Positions 56,617 to 64,000 of a stretch of 64,000 nt of DNA are shown here, piece by piece. Numbering within the stretch: position 1 is the first letter of the stretch; every line of letters begins with the position of its first letter. The stretch comes from a virus. Its lineage: Duplodnaviria; Caudoviricetes. The stretch is taken from positions 1,826-65,825 of the IMG/VR virus record IMGVR_UViG_3300023184_000109; one strand, given 5' to 3'. The position numbers were made by a program, and so were the translations under genes. The notes under the pieces were generated by a model that was not told the DNA's origin, did no database searches, and was given only the letters and a program-made list of their open reading frames with translations.

Positions 56617-57412
56617 TTAGTATCTCCTCTGTTTGTTTAAGTATTCGTTCGGCTGAGCCGTTTTTGAATTCGTCTATGTGAAATTGAGCATAAGCCAAAT
56701 GGTACGCCCACGCTAGTATCTGATCCTGATCTGGGAACCAAGGATTGTCAATCTTGCTCAAATCTAAATTGCTCACAGGCCTTGCAGCATTGCACGGAGC
56801 CATGACAAACACAGGTGTGCCTGCTAGTATGGCTTCTGTGCCTGCAATACTATTGAATGTGACAACAGCATGTACATCGTCTAGGGCTTTTTCCACACGA
56901 TTGATTTTTCTATCAGTACGACTGCGGTTGCGTTCACGTATGATGATGGGACGGTCGGTGTATTGCTTGATAGTGGCCACAGTTTCGGCCAACCATGTGT
57001 CCAAGTCTATGTCATAGAACTTGCAAGGCTTTTCATCAGGAGCCGCAATCAGTATTGCACTGCCTGGACGTCTGCGTGAAATTTCTAATCCCAGTCGATT
57101 CCAACGATCACTGGGACGAGGTATAACTTGATCATGTTGTAAGTTGTTGGGTACAATACGATGCCAATGTTTCCACCCTTGTGGGTTTTTAAAACTGGGA
57201 CGATTGCCTAGATATCCAGAGTCCATGTACCTAAACGGTCTATTATCTGCCCAACATTGTTTGATGATTTTGTGTTTCATGATACCACGCAACATCACGG
57301 GCTCAGTGCTGTCCTCGTAACGCCATGACTCCAAGGGAGTAGACTCAAGACCAAGTCCATGTGCGTACATATCGATGTATTCGTCGTCACCGTTCTTGCT
57401 CAAAAATATCAT
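56609..57412 (-). CDS. Capsule-synthesis-like GT-B protein, paralog 4
   Basis: LRGIMK, YMDSGYLG, VTFNSIAGTEAILAGTPVF and LAYAQFHIDE motifs. Confidence 0.55.
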   Translation of the reverse strand: MIFLSKNGDDEYIDMYAHGLGLESTPLESWRYEDSTEPVMLRGIMKHKIIKQCWADNRPFRYMDSGYLGNRPSFKNPQGWKHWHRIVPNNLQHDQVIPRPSDRWNRLGLEISRRRPGSAILIAAPDEKPCKFYDIDLDTWLAETVATIKQYTDRPIIIRERNRSRTDRKINRVEKALDDVHAVVTFNSIAGTEAILAGTPVFVMAPCNAARPVSNLDLSKIDNPWFPDQDQILAWAYHLAYAQFHIDEFKNGSAERILKQTEEILSA

Positions 57413-58191
57413 TGCCAGTACTTTTCAGTGCGTCGAACCACAAGGTCTTTGAGTTTGCTACGGCCATCATGCTTGCGTTTGCCTTTGAGGTGGTCGATGT
57501 ATGCACCCCATTCACAGTTGATTAGCGGATGACCTTCGCCGTTGATCAAACCGGCTGACCAATTTAGTTCTGCAAGCCCGCTGCGAGCTTTGACTTGATC
57601 AAACACATAACTGTCATGCCATTCGGGCAACGTGAATATTCCGTTTTCGGCATCATCATACATGCGTTGAAATTCTGTTAAAAAGTTTTGCACAGCAGGT
57701 TCAGTCAAGTGCATGCCGTACAGGCCACATTCGGTAAACTTGTTGCTACGACCTGCGTAACACAGTTGTTTTGCGTCTGGAAAAAATTCGGCAATACGCG
57801 ACACAGTGATTGGGGTGTGACACACCATGTCAGCGTCCATCCAAATCAACCATTCAGTGCCGCAGGTACGAGCCGCATGGAATATGGCATACACTTTGTG
57901 ACTGAATCTCACAGCCTGCCATTTGTATGCTTTGCGTTCACTACCAGGCCCAATATCACCATTGGCCTTGGGCACATCTCGCCATTTGTTTTTGAATGCG
58001 ACCAGTTCAGAGCTGACACTTTCTAAATTTAGCACTTGTAGATTGGGTGCAGTTTGCGTGACTTGACAACCTTCAGCATACACTTTCAGGGCAACCTCGC
58101 GTGGCCAGGTTCGTAAGAATGTGTCAATCATGCGAGAGCCATAAGTCTTGTAGCCTTCTGCATTAAATGTGGTACATACAGTATATTTCAT
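57409..58191 (-). CDS. Glycosyltransferase (GT-A)
   Basis: AVRFSHKVYA, WMDADM (DxD), EWHDSYVFD and DHLKG motifs; ATG 5 nt after TAAATA. Confidence 0.75.
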   Translation of the reverse strand: MKYTVCTTFNAEGYKTYGSRMIDTFLRTWPREVALKVYAEGCQVTQTAPNLQVLNLESVSSELVAFKNKWRDVPKANGDIGPGSERKAYKWQAVRFSHKVYAIFHAARTCGTEWLIWMDADMVCHTPITVSRIAEFFPDAKQLCYAGRSNKFTECGLYGMHLTEPAVQNFLTEFQRMYDDAENGIFTLPEWHDSYVFDQVKARSGLAELNWSAGLINGEGHPLINCEWGAYIDHLKGKRKHDGRSKLKDLVVRRTEKYWQ

Positions 58192-58204
58192 AGACGTATT
58201 TACA

Positions 58205-59056
58205 GTGATAAAAACCATAGCCTATTTTCCTGCACAGTGTGCCATGAACTCAAAGCCAGTGATGTCAGCGTTTCTGGACTGTTGCCAATCTGCAGGCATA
58301 CAGACACAAGAAAATTCCTTGACTGCAGACGCGGCTGTGATCTGGTCAGTGCTGTGGCATGGTAGAATGCGACCCAATCAAGCGGTGTATGAACATTATC
58401 GCAGTCAAAACAAGCCGGTGATTGTGATAGATATTGGTGCGCTGTATCGTGGACAAACTTGGAAACTGGCAGTGAACCACATCACTCGGGACGGCTATTA
58501 CGGTCATGAGTCAGATTTGGATATGAGTCGCCCCAGACAACTGCAAATTAGTTTGGCCACACAGGTCAATCCCGGACCGGAAATCATCATTGCCGCACAG
58601 CACCGAAACAGTTTACAAGTTGCTGGCATAGGCAGCATAGAAGAATGGGTGTTGATGCAAGTTCAACTGTTACGCAACTCTACTGATCGTCCCATACGCA
58701 TACGAGCACATCCGCGAAGTCCATTACGTATGCCATACATGCCTGAAAATACCACAATGGAAGTTGCTAGACCTGTGGCCAACACTTACGACAATTTTGA
58801 CATGCACTTTAATTGCCATGCAGTTGTGAATCACAACTCAGGTCCGGGCATACAAGCAGGTATTGCAGGGTGCAGGCCCATTGTGGCACACAGCAGTCTA
58901 GCATATCCTGTGGCAGTGGGTATGCCTGACATTGAACAACCCTATACCATTGACAGAGAACTATGGTTAGCAAAAATATGTCACACTGAATACACGGTGC
59001 AAGAACTACAGGAAGGACTATGGCTAAGAAGAATCGAGCCCGCACTGACACAGTGA
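58205..59056 (+). CDS. Capsule-synthesis-like GT-B protein, paralog 5
   Basis: IRIRAHPR and VNHNSGPGIQAGIAGC motifs. Start position uncertain. Confidence 0.55.
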   Translation: MIKTIAYFPAQCAMNSKPVMSAFLDCCQSAGIQTQENSLTADAAVIWSVLWHGRMRPNQAVYEHYRSQNKPVIVIDIGALYRGQTWKLAVNHITRDGYYGHESDLDMSRPRQLQISLATQVNPGPEIIIAAQHRNSLQVAGIGSIEEWVLMQVQLLRNSTDRPIRIRAHPRSPLRMPYMPENTTMEVARPVANTYDNFDMHFNCHAVVNHNSGPGIQAGIAGCRPIVAHSSLAYPVAVGMPDIEQPYTIDRELWLAKICHTEYTVQELQEGLWLRRIEPALTQ

Positions 59057-59763
59057 CTGACTGCGCCTGTGTGATCCATGGCACTGGATACGACTGGGTG
59101 TATGTGGACAAACTGTACAACATGTTATCACGTAACCTGCAACATGGCATACGTTTCCATGTGTACACCGAAGCCTCAAGAGCAGTACCACCACACATGA
59201 TCAAACATACGTTGACAGAATGGCCAGGTATCTCAGGTCCCAAACGATCATGGTGGTACAAGATGCAGTTGTTCAATACAGAACATCATGCGGGTAATTT
59301 GTTGTACTTTGATCTTGACTGTGTGATTGTCAATGACCTGCAATGGCTTGTGGATTTGTCCACGCAACACTTTTGGACCATACGTGACTTTAGATATCTG
59401 CAACGCCAAGGGCATTCAGGAATGAATTCAAGTGTGATGTGGTGGAACACCGAACATCAAGCACATGTCTGGCGAGACTTTGCCCGCCTGGACATTGATC
59501 AAACTGTGCGCCGCTATCCCGGAGACCAAGACTACCTGGGTGCAGTGATTGATCCCATGCAACGCAGATACTTTGACCAACAGCAGTTGCAAAGTTGGCG
59601 CTGGCAAGTGAGTGAAGGCGGATATGATTTTACTTCACGCAAACCTCGACAGCCAGGTGCAGTAGCACATCTTGATCCTGCTGCCAGTATACTGGTATTC
59701 CACGGCCGACCCAAGCCACATGAATGCACTGCTGATCCTGTGATAGACAGATTTTGGCGGTAA
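59020..59763 (+). CDS. Glycosyltransferase (GT-A)
   Basis: YVDKLYNM, WWYKMQLF, YFDLDCVI, NSSVMWW, GDQDYL and FHGRPKP motifs. Confidence 0.8.
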   Translation: MAKKNRARTDTVTDCACVIHGTGYDWVYVDKLYNMLSRNLQHGIRFHVYTEASRAVPPHMIKHTLTEWPGISGPKRSWWYKMQLFNTEHHAGNLLYFDLDCVIVNDLQWLVDLSTQHFWTIRDFRYLQRQGHSGMNSSVMWWNTEHQAHVWRDFARLDIDQTVRRYPGDQDYLGAVIDPMQRRYFDQQQLQSWRWQVSEGGYDFTSRKPRQPGAVAHLDPAASILVFHGRPKPHECTADPVIDRFWR

Positions 59764-59836
59764 TACTCTAGTAGTACTTGACCAGAAATTCCCATTCTGC
59801 TATACTAGTGGCTTACAAAGCAAACAGGAGCCAGCA

Positions 59837-60046
59837 ATGGGATATCGTGTAGTTGACACCATAGACATCATGCGCAACAAATACAGTGCTCGTGCAGGAC
59901 TGGAAGGCCCGTTCAACTTTAGTGGCCGTGTGTTGTATTATGACAACAAAGAGGGCCAGTACTACGATCCTACTACTGACTTCTATGTGGAGCAAGCGGA
60001 AATGGACGAAATAAATACTCGTTTCTTTGAAGCTTTTAAAAAGTAA
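59837..60046 (+). CDS. Small early protein
   Basis: Own promoter and RBS AGGAGCCAGCAATG; LEGPF...VLYYD.KEGQYYDP.TDFY. Confidence 0.75.
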   Translation: MGYRVVDTIDIMRNKYSARAGLEGPFNFSGRVLYYDNKEGQYYDPTTDFYVEQAEMDEINTRFFEAFKK

Positions 60047-60119
60047 CACTTTGGTAGTACTTGACCAATAATTCCCAAAATGCTATAATACGGACATACA
60101 ACGCAAAAGAGGGCAGATT

Positions 60120-60380
60120 ATGAAGGTAAAACTTTTTGTTACAGGTAGTCAAAATTACATGTATTTCAAAAATAAACTGCCCACCAGACGCTGGGATTAC
60201 TGTGAGACGCCCCGTACAGTGACCATTATTCCTGATCCGGTCAATGTGTATCAAGACGGTGAGTATGGTTTTGTGACGGTTTTTGGTCGTAAGATTTTTG
60301 TCAAGTGTGACGGAAGTCATTGGGAAATTGTTGGCGCTGAGAAAACAAAAAGTAACACTTTTGTAGCACTTGACCAATAA
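60120..60380 (+). CDS. Small early protein
   Basis: Own promoter; its stop codon lies inside the next promoter repeat. Confidence 0.65.
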   Translation: MKVKLFVTGSQNYMYFKNKLPTRRWDYCETPRTVTIIPDPVNVYQDGEYGFVTVFGRKIFVKCDGSHWEIVGAEKTKSNTFVALDQ

Positions 60381-60428
60381 TTGCCAAAATGCTATAATAA
60401 CCACATACAAAGCAAAAAGGAGCCAGCA

Positions 60429-60611
60429 ATGCAGATCGCAACAGCAGTCAAACAAATACAAAAAGAAGCAGACTTTCAGGGCATGGGCCTGTTGGAAGTT
60501 TTACAAGACATCAAACAACATGGTCGCATGATCTACAGTGAACGCACAATGGAAGCGTTTGTTGTTTTTGTGCAACAAGGGCAAGAACTGTTTGCCCCGG
60601 TTGACCATTAA
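60429..60611 (+). CDS. Small early protein (60 aa)
   Basis: RBS AAGGAGCCAGCAATG. Confidence 0.7.
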   Translation: MQIATAVKQIQKEADFQGMGLLEVLQDIKQHGRMIYSERTMEAFVVFVQQGQELFAPVDH

Positions 60612-60674
60612 TTCAACTTTTGCTATAATAGAGACATAAACAGTAAACAACAACGCATTTCAAAGGAGCCAACA

Positions 60675-61703
60675 ATGAGTGCAATTCGAGTGATTAGTGG
60701 TGAGTATCGTAACAACCCAGTTAAGAATGCAACATTCAATCTTGTAAAAGGATTTCAAACTGGTGCCAAGGGTGGGTTTGTGACTGTAAAAAGTGCAGGC
60801 TATTTTGGTCCCGAGTTTGATGTAGTACGTATCAAAGTCAACAACATTAGCGACATCGAGTATGTCAATGGAGAAGCTGTGAGCAATGACAACACTGTGG
60901 CCTTTGTTGCCGCGCAGACTGAAACTGAAACTGAAGAACAAATTATGACTCGTATTCGCGAGCGTTTTGACATCTTGAATGAGATGACAAAGGCTTGTGT
61001 GAACGGTGACATCCGTGCTATGATTGTGTCGGGTCCTCCAGGGGTGGGCAAGAGCTTTGGCGTCGAGCGTGAGATTGAAAAAGCCACCTTGTTTGACAAA
61101 CTGGCAGGCAAGCGTCTCCGTGCCGAAGTTGTCAAAGGTTCAGCAACGCCAATTGGCTTGTATCAAACACTGTACAAGTATTCAGATGACAACTGTGTAC
61201 TGGTGTTTGATGACTGTGACAGCATTTTGCTTGACGACGTGGCCCTGAACTTGTTGAAGGGTGCCTTGGACTCAGGCAAGAAGCGCACCATTTCATGGTT
61301 GAGTGAGTCTAGTGCTCTGCGCCGTGAAGGCATCCCGGATCGTTTCGAGTTCAAAGGTTCGGTAATTTTTATTACCAACTTGAAGTTTGACACAATGAAG
61401 AGCCAAAAGTTGCGTGATCACTTGGATGCATTGCAATCACGCTGTCACTATCTTGACTTGACACTTGACACCATGCGTGACAAGGTGTTGCGTATCCGTC
61501 AGATTGCCAAAGACGGTGTGTTGTTTGCAGACTATGATTTTGAAGAGTGTGTGCAGGACGAGATTGTGGAGTTCATGGAAGCAAATCAGAATCGCTTGCG
61601 TGAGATGAGCCTGCGTATGGCGCTGAAGATTGCAGACTTGCGCAAGAGTTTTGCAGGCAACTGGAAGCGCATGGCTGAGACAACATGTATGAAGAGTGCC
61701 TGA
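60675..61703 (+). CDS. AAA+ ATPase
   Basis: Walker A GPPGVGKS, Walker B LVFDDCD, FITN and ALQSR motifs. Confidence 0.85.
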   Translation: MSAIRVISGEYRNNPVKNATFNLVKGFQTGAKGGFVTVKSAGYFGPEFDVVRIKVNNISDIEYVNGEAVSNDNTVAFVAAQTETETEEQIMTRIRERFDILNEMTKACVNGDIRAMIVSGPPGVGKSFGVEREIEKATLFDKLAGKRLRAEVVKGSATPIGLYQTLYKYSDDNCVLVFDDCDSILLDDVALNLLKGALDSGKKRTISWLSESSALRREGIPDRFEFKGSVIFITNLKFDTMKSQKLRDHLDALQSRCHYLDLTLDTMRDKVLRIRQIAKDGVLFADYDFEECVQDEIVEFMEANQNRLREMSLRMALKIADLRKSFAGNWKRMAETTCMKSA

Positions 61704-61704
61704 T

Positions 61705-61794
61705 ATGGCTTGGCTGGCTGTGCTACTGTTAGTGTTTGTAGGTGAGCCCTTGATGGCATTGCTTTTGGCATTTTTTATTTTGATACTTGATTGA
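61705..61794 (+). CDS. Putative 29-aa hydrophobic peptide (not in the ORF track)
   Basis: MAWLAVLLLVFVGEPLMALLLAFFILILD starts 1 nt after the ATPase stop. Confidence 0.4.
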   Translation: MAWLAVLLLVFVGEPLMALLLAFFILILD

Positions 61795-61801
61795 GTTTTA
61801 C

Positions 61802-61829
61802 CCCGGGGATTGGTTGGCTCCGCCCCGGG
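61802..61829 (+). ncRNA. GC hairpin with a loop antisense to the early-gene RBS (candidate regulatory RNA)
   Basis: Stem CCCGGGG/CCCCGGG; loop ATTGGTTGGCTCCG. Confidence 0.45.
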
Positions 61830-61836
61830 TTTTTAC

Positions 61837-61862
61837 ACAGGCTCTTCGGAGCCTGTTTTTTT
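61837..61862 (+). terminator. Intrinsic terminator with cUUCGg tetraloop
   Basis: ACAGGCTC-TTCG-GAGCCTGT followed by a T run. Confidence 0.9.
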
Positions 61863-61889
61863 GACTTTGTGTTGCAATAAGTATATACT
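61861..61889 (+). promoter_or_regulatory. sigma70 promoter giving a probably leaderless mRNA
   Basis: TTGACT-17 nt-TATACT, 5 nt before ATG 61895, no SD. Confidence 0.7.
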
Positions 61890-61894
61890 GTGTT

Positions 61895-62755
61895 ATGTCT
61901 CAGTATCTTGTAATCAAATTAGGTGATGACAATTTTGAACTACGTTTTCAAATAAGATCAACGCCGTTAGCTCAGCTATGGCTAGAACGCATGAGCCAAC
62001 GACACACATGGCCCATGGATAACCCGGATAGATTTTACGGTTTTGGCACTCCAGCACAAGAGCAACAACGTGCAACAACCATGATTCAACAATGCATTGC
62101 CACAATCAACGCACATGAGCCGATCATCACTCGTGAGTTTGAGTACACACAGGATGGTCTCAATTACTTGCACAACATATTTGAACAGTATCACGGATTG
62201 TTGGATCAACAAACATCAGAATATTGGCGTCAAGCACCTGACCCAGTACGACAAGCCTTGGCCAATCTCAACTTGGCAGTGCATAGATGTGAAACGGCCA
62301 TGGCTGCACCTTGTCCAAGATTTGTTTGCACCTGGTTTGGCATGCCCAAGACTGAATGTTTAGATTCAGTCATGATGACGGATCATGGTGAGCTTGAAAT
62401 CAAGTTTGGCACGGTGTATCTCAACTACTGTGAAATAGGAAAAACAGTTGAAGATCTTGCACACGACAATGATGTATACATAGGCGATGATGCATTTAGA
62501 CCATTTGGGTACTACAGCGCTGATTTTAATGTTGCTTTGTATGGTCAAGATTTGAAATCAAAATTGCCCAGCATGCAACAATACATTGACCAACATGCAA
62601 AATTTTTTGTTGCTCGTGGCATTGAAAACGTGTATAATACACAAGCATTGCCCTTGCGATTTCCTGTGGCAGATTTAGAGTATACCGGCACACAGGACCA
62701 ATTAATATCTCAAATAAGGTCACGACAACTTGTGCGTGAAGTAAACATATTGTGA
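61895..62755 (+). CDS. Hypothetical protein (286 aa)
   Basis: Clean ORF with LNYLH..FE.YHG, LNLAVHRCE and YLNYCEIGK; no function recognised. Confidence 0.7.
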   Translation: MSQYLVIKLGDDNFELRFQIRSTPLAQLWLERMSQRHTWPMDNPDRFYGFGTPAQEQQRATTMIQQCIATINAHEPIITREFEYTQDGLNYLHNIFEQYHGLLDQQTSEYWRQAPDPVRQALANLNLAVHRCETAMAAPCPRFVCTWFGMPKTECLDSVMMTDHGELEIKFGTVYLNYCEIGKTVEDLAHDNDVYIGDDAFRPFGYYSADFNVALYGQDLKSKLPSMQQYIDQHAKFFVARGIENVYNTQALPLRFPVADLEYTGTQDQLISQIRSRQLVREVNIL

Positions 62756-64000
62756 AACAAGCAACAATAATAATACGTGATGAAGTCAACATCAAGATTG
62801 AAGGCCTGGACCTGGATGCTCGCAAAGCACTAGTCAATGCCTTCAAATATGAAAACCCTGCCGCACGTTATTTGCCAGCAGTGCGTTTAGGACGGTGGGA
62901 TGGCAAGGTAGCATACTTCCAATTAGGCGGTAGTACCTATGTAAACTTGTTGCCTGAAATCGTGCCCATATTGGAGAAGTTTGATTACGACATTGAACTG
63001 GATGACCAGCGTGACTATTCAAACACGTTTAACTTTGAATCAGTAACCGAAACAAGTTTTTCACATGTGACTTGGCCTCGAACACACCCTGCCGCAGGTG
63101 AACCCATTACCCTACGTGACTACCAAGTGGAAATTGTCAACAACTTCCTGGCCAATCCGCAGTGCATACAGGAAGTGGCCACAGGCGCAGGTAAGACCAT
63201 AATGACAGCGGCCTTGAGCAATGCGGTAGCACCTTATGGTCGTAGTATTGTGATTGTGCCCAACAAGAGCCTTGTGACACAGACTGAAGCAGACTATATC
63301 AACATGCAACAAGATGTTGGCGTGTACTTTGGTGACAGAAAAGAATACGGACGTCAACACACCATATGCACATGGCAAAGCCTGAACAATCTCTTGAAGA
63401 ATACCAAGGCAGGCGTAGGCGACTGCACCATTGGCGAGTTTTTGGAAGATGTTGTATGTGTTATTGTGGATGAAGTACACATGGCCAAGGCAGATGCACT
63501 CAAAACCTTGCTCACAGGAGTGATGTCGAGAGTGCCAATTCGCTGGGGATTGACCGGAACTGTGCCCAAAGAAAAGTTTGAAAGTCAAGCACTCATGGTC
63601 AGCCTGGGTCCTGTGATTGGCCGGCTCAGTGCCAGCGAATTGCAACAACAAGGTGTACTAGCCAATTGTCATGTGAACATTGTGCAGTTGATTGATCATG
63701 TGGAGTACAAAGACTACCAAAGCGAACTTAAATACTTGCTGGAAGAGTCAGGACGCTTGGACACCATGGCTGACTTGATAAACCGAGTAAACGAAACAGG
63801 CAACACACTAGTGCTGGTGGACCGTACTGAATGTGGCAGACAACTGGTAGAACGACTGGGTGAGCGGGCAGTGTTTGTGTCCGGGGCAACCAAAACAAAA
63901 AACAGGCAAGCAGAATATGATCAAGTGGCTGACGCAACAGACAAAATCATTGTGGCCACATATGGTGTCGCTGCTGTTGGTATTAATATTCCCCGTATTT
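62752..64000 (+). CDS. uvsW: SF2 DNA helicase UvsW (runs off the window end)
   Basis: GTG start; GRWDGK, LRDYQ, ATGAGKT, VDEVH, GLTGT and ATYGVAAVGINIP motifs. Absent from the ORF track because it has no stop in the window. Confidence 0.9.
   Translation, partial: MKQATIIIRDEVNIKIEGLDLDARKALVNAFKYENPAARYLPAVRLGRWDGKVAYFQLGGSTYVNLLPEIVPILEKFDYDIELDDQRDYSNTFNFESVTETSFSHVTWPRTHPAAGEPITLRDYQVEIVNNFLANPQCIQEVATGAGKTIMTAALSNAVAPYGRSIVIVPNKSLVTQTEADYINMQQDVGVYFGDRKEYGRQHTICTWQSLNNLLKNTKAGVGDCTIGEFLEDVVCVIVDEVHMAKADALKTLLTGVMSRVPIRWGLTGTVPKEKFESQALMVSLGPVIGRLSASELQQQGVLANCHVNIVQLIDHVEYKDYQSELKYLLEESGRLDTMADLINRVNETGNTLVLVDRTECGRQLVERLGERAVFVSGATKTKNRQAEYDQVADATDKIIVATYGVAAVGINIPRI

Larger units (their letters stand above)
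59761..60677 (+). repeat. Four dispersed copies of the early promoter/RBS repeat
   Basis: TTGACC at 59778, 60061, 60370 and 60601, each 17 nt before TATA(A/C)T; three copies have upstream TAAyACT..GTAGyAC. Confidence 0.85.

Noticed and set aside
59761-60630. Regularly spaced repeats resembling a CRISPR array
   Set aside because: The repeats are sigma70 promoters, the 230-310 nt intervals are ORFs with RBSs, and there are no cas genes.
63112-63937. Minus-strand ORFs in the track at the window end
   Set aside because: They are shadows of the plus-strand uvsW frame, which the track missed because it has no stop in the window.
1-64000. Stop-codon reassignment, introns/inteins or a diversity-generating retroelement
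   Set aside because: Core genes (terminase, sheath, uvsX, gp32) read uninterrupted in the standard code, and I saw no reverse transcriptase, intein motif or template/variable repeat pair.

Overview
A 64 kb segment of a large T4-like myovirus genome (Caudoviricetes), densely coded in the standard genetic code. It holds a fibre/virion cluster with long Gly-Asn-Thr-rich repeat proteins (1.4-17.8 kb), neck, tail sheath, tail tube, head-completion and terminase genes, two very acidic mosaic proteins that are probably internal head or core proteins, and the recombination genes gp32, uvsX, uvsY and uvsW. It also holds three radical-SAM enzymes, a ~10 kb glycan-modification cluster (50.2-59.8 kb), and two blocks of small early genes behind near-identical sigma70 promoters. 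The most unusual signals are: (1) a hairpin/terminator RNA at 61.8 kb whose loop is antisense to the GGAGCCARCAAT ribosome-binding site shared by the early genes; (2) two polyprotein-like genes built from in-frame modules bounded by short direct repeats that encode prohead-protease-type sites; (3) late genes that are either leaderless (TAAATA-N4/5-ATG) or have the late promoter in the loop of a hairpin that occludes the Shine-Dalgarno (SD); (4) a probable virion glycosylation system; (5) a probable ATT start codon and a cloverleaf-like leader RNA. Product calls come from motif recognition by eye; no database search was run.
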